The notes under the pieces: generated by a model
What the model saw: the letters and a program-made list of their open reading frames with translations, nothing else
Told to the model about the DNA's origin: nothing
Database searches by the model: none
Assembly (NCBI GenBank): GCA_963821525.1
Contig: CAWGED010000004.1
Location: forward strand, 256,001 to 320,000
Direction of reading: 5' to 3'
Length of the DNA stretch: 64,000 nt
Source: an uncultured Gemmatimonadales bacterium
GTDB lineage: Bacteria > Gemmatimonadota > Gemmatimonadetes > Gemmatimonadales > GWC2-71-9
Translations under genes and position numbers: made by a program
Shown here: piece after piece, positions 56,905 through 64,000 of the stretch
Layout of the letters: each line of letters begins with the position of its first letter
Numbering within the stretch: position 1 is the stretch's first letter

Positions 56905-58335
56905 ATGATTTTCCTTCGATTCTACCAGGAGCAGCTCGCGCAAGTGAGCTATCTCATCGGCTGCGGGCAGACCGGTGAGGCGCTGGTCGTGGACCCCACC
57001 CGGGACGTCGAGCAGTACATCAAGGCCGCAGATCGGTCGGGGCTCAAGATCACCGCGGTGACCGAGACCCACATTCACGCCGATTTTGTCTCCGGGGTGC
57101 GGGAACTGGCACAACGCACCGGCGCCAAGCCGTATCTGTCCGACGCCGGTGACCGGGACTGGAAATACACCTGGGCCGGTCCCGCAAACGCCGGACTGCT
57201 GAACGAAGGAAGCCAGCTCCGAATCGGCAACATCAAGATCGAGGCGTTGCACACTCCAGGTCATACGCCGGAGCACATGAGTTTCATGGTCACCGACGGT
57301 GCCGTGGCGGACTCGCCGATGGGCGTCGTTACCGGTGATTTCCTCTTTGTGGGAGACGTGGGCCGTCCCGACCTGCTGGAAAAGGCGGCCCGAGTGAGCG
57401 GTGCGTCGGAGCGTTCCGCCAAGGACCAGTTCGCCAGCGTCCAGCGTTTCCGCTCGATGCCGGATCACCTCCAGGTCTGGCCCGGTCACGGTGCGGGCTC
57501 GGCGTGCGGCAAGGCCATGAGCGCCGTCCCGCAGTCCACGATCGGCTATGAGAAGCGTTTCAACTGGGCTTTTCAGATTCCGGAAGAGGCGGAGTTCATT
57601 CGGCAGGTTCTCTCGGGCCAGCCCGATCCACCGCGATATTTCGGCGAGATGAAGCGACTGAACAAGCTGGGCCCCGCAATTCTGGGTGGTCTTCGCCGAC
57701 CGGCGAGGCTGCCGGAAACCCGGTTGCGTCCCTTGCTCCGCGATGGGGCCTTGGTCGTGGATCTCCGAACCGCGGCCGACTTCGCCGGCGGCCACGCACC
57801 CGGTTCCATCAATATCCCACTCAACCGCAGCTTCACCGGATGGGCCGGGTGGCTCCTCCCGTATGACCGCGACTTCTATCTCATCGTCGACGAGAGCACC
57901 ACGGCGGCAGTGGACGCCGCCGTCCGGGACCTCGCCTTGATCGGGCTCGACCGGATCGGAGGCTATTTCGGCAGCGAAGCCCTGGTCGCGTGGAAGGAGA
58001 CCGAGGGAGCGCTGGAGACAGTTCCCCAGGTTGAAATCGCGGCGCTGGCGGCTTCCCGGGATCGTCGTGTCGTCCTCGACGTTCGGGACGACTCGGAGTG
58101 GGCCGGCGGCCACCTTCCCGGAGCCCGACACATCCCACTGGGTCGGCTCCCCGACCGGCTGGGTGAGATCCCGCGGGACGGGGATCTCGTGGTCCACTGC
58201 CAGAGCGGATCCCGCTCCTCGATCGCCGCGAGCCTGCTGCTCGCCGGCGGGTTCACCCGTTTGGCCAATCTTACCCCTGGATTCGCTGGATGGATGTCGG
58301 CGGGGATGCCGGTCGAGCGCAGCTCGACTCCCTGA
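56905..58335 (+). CDS. MBL-fold hydrolase/rhodanese fusion (persulfide dioxygenase-sulfurtransferase, CstB/Blh-like)
   Basis: ETHIHADFVSG, HTPGHTPEH, GDVGRPDL, PGHGAGSACGK; two rhodanese domains, the last with CQSGSRS. Confidence 0.92.
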   Translation: MIFLRFYQEQLAQVSYLIGCGQTGEALVVDPTRDVEQYIKAADRSGLKITAVTETHIHADFVSGVRELAQRTGAKPYLSDAGDRDWKYTWAGPANAGLLNEGSQLRIGNIKIEALHTPGHTPEHMSFMVTDGAVADSPMGVVTGDFLFVGDVGRPDLLEKAARVSGASERSAKDQFASVQRFRSMPDHLQVWPGHGAGSACGKAMSAVPQSTIGYEKRFNWAFQIPEEAEFIRQVLSGQPDPPRYFGEMKRLNKLGPAILGGLRRPARLPETRLRPLLRDGALVVDLRTAADFAGGHAPGSINIPLNRSFTGWAGWLLPYDRDFYLIVDESTTAAVDAAVRDLALIGLDRIGGYFGSEALVAWKETEGALETVPQVEIAALAASRDRRVVLDVRDDSEWAGGHLPGARHIPLGRLPDRLGEIPRDGDLVVHCQSGSRSSIAASLLLAGGFTRLANLTPGFAGWMSAGMPVERSSTP

Positions 58336-59108
58336 CCCCGTTCGAACGCGCGGCGTTCCGTCTGGTTCGCCGGATGAATCAGGGTCGCTGGAAGCGACTC
58401 TGGTGCTGGTGTGGCCGGCAGATCGGCGCGCGTTGGATAGACGCCTTCATCGGGTCACGGCTCGAGATCCACGGCCTCGAACGAATCGCCACTGCCAGCC
58501 GCGAACGACCTCTCCTCCTCGCGGCCAATCATCGCAGCTTCTTCGACATGTATGTCGTGATGTCCCTGCTCTTCCGACGGACGAGCGGGTGGCGGGACAT
58601 CTACTTTCCGGTGCGCGGCCGGTTTTTCTATCAGTCCCCCCTCGGCGTCCTGGTCAACTTCGTCGGTGCCTGGTGGGCGATGTACCCGCCCTTCTTTCAC
58701 ACCGCCGGGAGACGCCGTTTCGATCAGTATGCCTTTCGGATTCTTGCTGACCTGTGCCGAGAAGGAGGAGGCCGGCTGATTGGCTTCCACCCTGAAGGGA
58801 CTCGCAACAAGAGCGAGGATCCCTACTCCTTCCTCGATGCCCAGCCCGGCATTGGCCGCCTCATCCTCGAGGCTCGGCCCCAGCTCGTGCCGGTCTTCAT
58901 TGCGGGACTCTCCAACAGCCTGGGCCATGAGCTGGGACATGGACGGCGAGAGGGTTCCCGAGTCCGGGTTCATTTCGGAGAACTGGTGGATTACAGCGCA
59001 TCGCCGGACCTGACTGAGCGGCTTCCGGCTCGGGCAGTTGCCGAGGACGTGATGCGAAGGATTCGAGCCCTGGCCGAGGAGGATCGCGCTCGCGATTCGG
59101 TCATCTGA
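58290..59108 (+). CDS. Lysophospholipid acyltransferase (PlsC-like)
   Basis: NHRSFFD (HX4D), FHPEGTRN. Confidence 0.88.
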   Translation: MDVGGDAGRAQLDSLTPFERAAFRLVRRMNQGRWKRLWCWCGRQIGARWIDAFIGSRLEIHGLERIATASRERPLLLAANHRSFFDMYVVMSLLFRRTSGWRDIYFPVRGRFFYQSPLGVLVNFVGAWWAMYPPFFHTAGRRRFDQYAFRILADLCREGGGRLIGFHPEGTRNKSEDPYSFLDAQPGIGRLILEARPQLVPVFIAGLSNSLGHELGHGRREGSRVRVHFGELVDYSASPDLTERLPARAVAEDVMRRIRALAEEDRARDSVI

Positions 59109-59156
59109 CCGTTCGCGTCCCCCCCTATTAGGTTGCAACACCCTTTCCCCGTCCTG

Positions 59157-61459
59157 ATGACCAACGCCGCAGGTCTGATTTCATACCTCGGAACCTGGGT
59201 GCAGCTGGGCGGAATTCTCCTCCTGCTCACGCTGTTCCGGCTGCTATCCCGCCACGCGGGAACCCGCTCCTATTTCGTCATCTGGGCCCAAGCCTGGCTG
59301 GTGCTGCTGCTCGCCGTCACGGCGATTCTGCTCCGCTACTTCCTGGCTCCGGGGCTCACTCCGGTGCTTCTCGCGGAAAAGAGTCCTCTGGCGACTCTGC
59401 TTTATCTGGTCTACCAGTCCGCGAAGCTGCTGCATCTCGGGCTCCTGTTTTCCGGGACGATCGAATTCGCCCAAGGCCGGCACGTCCCGCGTAACTGGCT
59501 GCCGTGGGCAGCGGCAATCGGTATCTATGCGGCCCGACAGTAGTCCAATCGCCGGACCTCAACCGGATCGTTTTCTGGCAGGGATTCGTTGGAGTGGCCG
59601 TCTACGCTACGTGCGCGTGGCTCATGCTGGCGCTGCCCGGGGAGCGGAAGACTCCAGGCACCCGGGTTACCGGAGTCACCTTCACCCTGCTCGCCGCGCT
59701 TTGGGTGGTTTACCTCCTGGTCTTCGGCGGATTACAGAAGGCAGGACTGCAGGTCATAGCTTCACCGCTTTCCACCTTCGCTCAGTTCAACTCCTATTTC
59801 GATATTGTCCTGGCGCTGCTGCTGGGCTACGGGATGGTTGTCATTCTTCTGGAGGACTCGCGGCGCGACGTCGACCACGCCAGGATAGCTCGATTGCAGG
59901 ATGTCGCGGCCTCGGAAGCGCGGATGGTTGGATTGGTCGGTGCGGCGACCGAGGCCATCGTAACACTCGACGAGTCCTACTGCGTGGCGATCTTCAATCC
60001 TGCCGCGGAACGGATGTTCCACCTCACGGCTTCGGACGCAACCGGCAAACCCTTCAGCGAACTCATTGCTCCTCGCGCGCGCGCCCAGGTCGAAGCGCTG
60101 CTCGCCCAGAGCGACGACCCCCTCAACCGGCCGGGCCCGCCCTCTCTTTTTCCGGGATTGCGTCCCGACGGCAGCGAGTTGCCGCTGGAATGCTCGGTTT
60201 CTACCCGACGGCTGGCAGACTCGCTCATGCGAATAGTCGTGCTGAATGACGTGTCGGAGCGGTTGGCCGCCGAGGCCGAGCGGGAGGAGCTGACCAGCAG
60301 ACTTGCCCAGTCGTTACGGATGGAGGCGGTCGGGCGACTCGTCTCCGGTGTGGCCCATGAGCTCAACAACCCGCTGGCGGCGATCCTCACTTTCAGTGAA
60401 GACCTTCTGCGCGAGCCTGCACCAGGACTCCCCACCGAGCCACTCGTGGTCATTCGGGATCAAGCTCAGCGAGCCCGTGCCATTGTGCGTGACCTCCTCG
60501 CCTTTGTTCGGCGGCGCGAGGAGCGCCGGGAACACATTGCGACGAATGATCTGGTCGAGCGAGTGACCAAGGCCATGGGGAGGGAGATCGAACGGCTGGA
60601 GCTTCGGATGGAGGTGGAAGTCGGGTCGGAGCTGCCGGGGATCATCGGGGATTCGGTCGGCCTGGAGCAGGTTCTGACCAACCTGCTCGACAATGCCATG
60701 CGAGCGGCCGGCAAGCGCGGCTGGGTTGCACTTCGCGCTGAGACGGTCCGTGAGGGGCTGCAGATCGTGGTCGAGGATAGTGGAGAGGGGATCCGGCCCG
60801 AATTGCTGCCTCGGATATTCGAACCGTTCTTCACTACCCGAAAAGCGGGCCAGGGCACCGGTCTGGGGCTCTCCGTTTCCCTCGGCATTGTGGAACAACA
60901 TGGTGGCCGGCTCACGGTGGAGAACCGGCCGGGCCCTGAGCACGGAGCCCGTTTCAGCGTCCTGCTTCCGTTCGGAGTTGCCGCCACCGACCGTCGCCTC
61001 ACCCCGAGGGTGCCGTCGGTTCCCGTGGAGGACCCACTCTCCTCCCTGCCGAAGGCAGAGCCTGGGCGAAGCCCGCGAGTGCTGATCATTGACGACGAAG
61101 CACCGGTGCGAGCCGCGATGCGCCGGTTCTTCGAGCGGCGCGGGTGGACGGTCGAGGAGGCTGAAGACGGACAACCCGGTCTCGCGGCGGTTCTCGCCGC
61201 CCCGGACGACGAGCTGTATGACCTGGTGATTTCAGATCTAAAGATGCCCGGGATGTCGGGCATTGATGTGCATAACGGACTCGCCGCAACCAAACCCGCC
61301 TTGTTACGTCGCCTGGTAATTGCGACGGGAGATACCGCTTCGCCGGATGCCGTCGTTTTCCTCAGCAAGACCCGCTGTCCGATTCTCGAAAAGCCGTTTG
61401 CCCTCGATGACTTGGCCCGCATTGCCGATCAGGTGATGGGTCACACCTCGCAGGGGTAA
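59157..61459 (+). CDS. Multi-TM hybrid histidine kinase (TM sensor-PAS-HisKA-HATPase-REC; frameshift at about 59530)
   Basis: About seven hydrophobic helices; FNPAAERMF PAS; AHELNNPL; GTGLGL; VLIIDDE...SDLKMP. Confidence 0.9.
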
Positions 61460-61633
61460 CGATCTGTCGGTGTGACCGCGTTGCGTTCGATTGGTGAGCA
61501 TCGCGCGTTTCTGGTTAGGTCGCCTGCCTTTCAACCACGGAAATTCTTTTTGGGGGGGGCCCCCGAAGGCTGCCGGTTTGGTCTCCATCCTGCCGTCTCC
61601 GCTCTTCGACCTGTCAAAGTGGCCAGCCCGAGG

Positions 61634-61649
61634 CGGCACACCTGGTGCA
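61634..61649 (+). promoter_or_regulatory. Possible sigma54 promoter of hsp20
   Basis: CGGCAC-ACCTG-GTGCA has the GG/GC -24/-12 spacing, with two mismatches to TGGCAC-N5-TTGCA. Confidence 0.3.
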
Positions 61650-61720
61650 ATAGCACTAGTTGCTGCCCGATCGAGATACGCGGGCCTGAACTCACACTTA
61701 CAGATTTTTCGGAGGTAAGT

Positions 61721-62179
61721 ATGTCCCTGATGTTGCGCCGTTTCGCTCCTGCCAACGATCTGCTTGGCGTGCGCCGGCTGAATGCGCTGCTGGACGAGGC
61801 CTTTACTGGTTGGCCGGTTGGTAATGGAGTCGCGCCGTCCGCGTGGCTGCCGTCGGTTGACGTCTTCGAGGACAAGGAGAGCCTTAAGATCGTGGCCGAG
61901 TTGCCTGGCCTGAAGCCCGAAGATGTGAAGATCACCCTGGAGAACAGCACCCTCACCCTGCGTGGCGAAAAGAAGCAGGTCGCAGAAGAGAAGACCGAGC
62001 GGGTGCACCGCTATGAGCGGAGCTATGGCAGCTTCGAGCGGTCGTTCTCCCTGCCCAACACCGTCGATGTCGAGAAGGTGGAGGCCGGGTTCGAGAACGG
62101 GGTGCTGACGATCACCCTGCCGAAGGCGGAGAAGGCGAAGCCGCGGGAGATTGCGGTGAAGCCGGCCGTCAGCCGCTAG
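61721..62179 (+). CDS. Hsp20/alpha-crystallin small heat-shock protein
   Basis: GGAGG RBS; PSVDVFE, ELPG, LTLRGEK, ERSYGSFERSFSLP, NGVLTITLPK. Confidence 0.96.
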   Translation: MSLMLRRFAPANDLLGVRRLNALLDEAFTGWPVGNGVAPSAWLPSVDVFEDKESLKIVAELPGLKPEDVKITLENSTLTLRGEKKQVAEEKTERVHRYERSYGSFERSFSLPNTVDVEKVEAGFENGVLTITLPKAEKAKPREIAVKPAVSR

Positions 62180-62308
62180 CCGTCAGCCGTCTAGCTATTA
62201 GCTGTTAGCTGTACCTCAAATAGAAACCCTCCGTGCCATTCACCGGAGGGTTTCGTTTGTTCCGGAACCGCTAACCGCTAACCGCTAACCGCTAACGGCT
62301 GACGGCTA
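62165..62308. repeat. Inverted heptamer arrays (TAGCCGT/TAGCTGT)n...(ACCGCTA)4 ACGGCTG ACGGCTA between convergent genes
   Basis: TAGCCGTCAGCCGT is read identically from both ends; each convergent gene stops on the TAG that begins this 14-mer. Confidence 0.92.
62223..62254. terminator. Bidirectional intrinsic terminator
   Basis: GAAACCCTCCG, 10-nt loop, CGGAGGGTTTC, with flanking A/T tracts. Confidence 0.8.
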
Positions 62309-63759
62309 ATACCACCCGATCGGCGCCTCATCCAAATTGATGTACACCTGCTTCGTCTCCATGTACTCCTCTACACCCCAGTGGCCGAGTTCGCGGCCGA
62401 AGCCCGACATCTTGTAGCCGCCCCACGGCGCCTCCAGCATGGTGGGCTGCATGTGATTGACCCAGACCACTCCGGCCTCGAGGCTCTTCACCACCCGGAA
62501 TGCCTTGAAGATGTCACGGGTCCACACCGCCGCCGCGAGCCCGTAAGGCGTGGCGTTGGCGATCTCGATCGCTTCCGCCTCGTCTTTGAACGGGATCACG
62601 CTCATCACCGGTCCGAAGATTTCTTCCTGCGCGATCTTGGCGTTGTTGTCCACGTCGTAGAAAATGGTAGGCTCGACGTACCAGCCCTTGTCGAATTGTC
62701 GGGCACACCGCCGCCCGCGGCGACCTTCGCCTCCTTCCGACCGATGGCCTGGTACTTCACCACGCGGTCTCGCTGTTCCGCGCTGACCAGCGGCCCCATC
62801 TTGGTGTCCCGCTCGATGCCCGGTCCCAGCTTGATCGTCTTGGCCTTCGCGGCGCAGGCCTCGACGAACTTCTTGTAGATGTCCTTCTGGACCAGCACGC
62901 GGCTCCCCGCTGAACAGACCTCGCCCTGGTTGATGAAGGTCCCGAACAGGGCTCCGTCCACCGCGGCTTCGAAGTCCGCATCGGAGAAGAAGATGTTGGG
63001 AGACTTGCCGCCCAGCTCCAGCGAGACTCGCTTCAGCTGATCCGAAGCGTTCCTCATGATCAGCTTGCCGACCTCGGCCGAGCCGGTGAAGGCGATCTTC
63101 CGGATGTCGGGATGGACCACGATGGGCCCGCCGGCGTCGGGGCCGAGTCCGGTAACGATGTTCACGACACCCGGTGGAAGCCCGATCGCCTCGAAATCCT
63201 TGGCAAGGTCGAGCAGGGAGAGCGGCGTCTGCTCGGCGGGCTTGATGACCACCGTGCAGCCGGCCGCCAGGGCGGGTCCGAGCTTCCAGGCGGCCATCGC
63301 GAGCGGGTAGTTCCAGGGGATGATCTGCCCGGCGACACCCATCGGCTCCTTCACCGCGAGCACCATGGCGTTGGTCGGAACCGGAATCACTTCGCCGTTG
63401 ATCTTGGTGGCGAGCCCGCCGTAGTACTCGAAGCAGGTCGCCGAATCATCCATGTCGTATTCGGACTCGACGATCGGTTTGCCGGAGTTGAGGGTTTCGA
63501 TCTTGGCCAGCTCGTCCCGTCGGGCCCGGACCCGTTCGGCGAGCCGGATCAGGATTCGGCCTCGCTCCTGGGCGGAGGTGTTCTTCCATCCTCCATAGAA
63601 CGCCTTCTTGGCCGCCTGAGCCGCCTTGTCGATGTCCTTTGCGTCTCCGGCGGGGCAGGTGGCGATCACTTCCTCGGTGGCGGGATCGTAGACGTTGAAG
63701 GTCTTGCGGCTGGTCGCGTCGACGAATTTTCCGTTGATGAACATTTGGTACTTGCTCAC
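62306..63759 (-). CDS. Aldehyde dehydrogenase (betaine-aldehyde dehydrogenase-like; frameshift at about 62690)
   Basis: IIPWNYPL, KPAEQTP, FTGS, LELGGKSP, GEVCSAG, EEIFGPV, PWGGYKMSGFGRE. Confidence 0.95.
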
Positions 63760-63778
63760 GATGGGCTCCGAGTCGGAG

Positions 63779-63817
63779 AGTCTGAAGTCTGAAGTCTGGA
63801 GTCTGGAGTCTGGAGTC
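63779..63817. repeat. Heptamer array (AGTCTGA)2(AGTCTGG)3
   Basis: Five tandem units about 100 nt upstream of the four-helix-bundle ATG. Confidence 0.92.
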
Positions 63818-63915
63818 AAAGACAGCTCGCCATCCATCATTGGAGGCCGCGTATTTATGCCTACCGGTGCAATCGAAGGATTAGCTCCATCAATACTCCA
63901 GGGGCAGCTTCAGAG

Positions 63916-64000
63916 ATGGGCGATTTCAAGAGCCTTCGCGTCTGGAAACGATCCTATGCTCTGAGTCTCGGCGTCTACAGAGCAACGAAAGACTTCCCGG
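63916..64000 (+). CDS. Four-helix-bundle protein (23S rRNA intervening-sequence protein family), N-terminus only
   Basis: Manual translation MGDFKSLRVWKRSYALSLGVYRATKDFP matches the family N-terminal pattern F..L.VW.....L...VY..T..FP; absent from the ORF track because it is truncated. Confidence 0.85.
   Translation, partial: MGDFKSLRVWKRSYALSLGVYRATKDFP

Noticed and set aside
61651..61665. CIRCE element upstream of hsp20
   Set aside because: Only a TAGCACT half-site is present; the GAGTGCTAA arm at N9 is missing.
63916..64000. Diversity-generating retroelement, given the Avd-like fold
   Set aside because: No reverse transcriptase or TR/VR pair is visible in the window.

Overview
GC-rich bacterial chromosomal window; gene content and style suggest Gemmatimonadota (inference, not verified). 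More than 25 single-base frameshifts interrupt otherwise intact genes, including efp and thiC, which most likely reflects long-read assembly error. In order it contains: mutS (partial), a SPOR protein, holA, an ECF sigma/anti-sigma pair, NUDIX, DUF218, a beta-CASP RNase, upp and tRNA-Phe; an AraC/Cys-rich peptide/DUF1330 patch; FKBP; an ATPase-wHTH gene and an orphan ParB-like gene; three secreted peptidases; a 10-gene tryptophan -> kynurenine -> anthranilate -> 2-aminobenzoyl-CoA catabolic cluster; sahR-ahcY; efp; a HEAT-repeat/HD-GYP/hybrid-kinase locus; two tandem HEXXH peptidase paralogues; a TPP riboswitch with thiC; two more hybrid kinases; an MBL-rhodanese fusion; hsp20; an aldehyde dehydrogenase; and the start of a four-helix-bundle (23S rRNA IVP-like) gene. 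The top candidates for novelty are three. (1) The Trp cluster has kynA and kynU but no kynB, and instead carries a creatininase-fold amidohydrolase, a candidate non-orthologous N-formylkynurenine formamidase, plus an extra Old-Yellow-Enzyme reductase. (2) About ten intergenic 7-9-mer tandem arrays, several arranged as long inverted arms, supply stop codons and a promoter -35 box, and one abuts the four-helix-bundle gene. (3) An uncharacterised N-terminal domain is shared by the adjacent HEAT-repeat and HD-GYP proteins.
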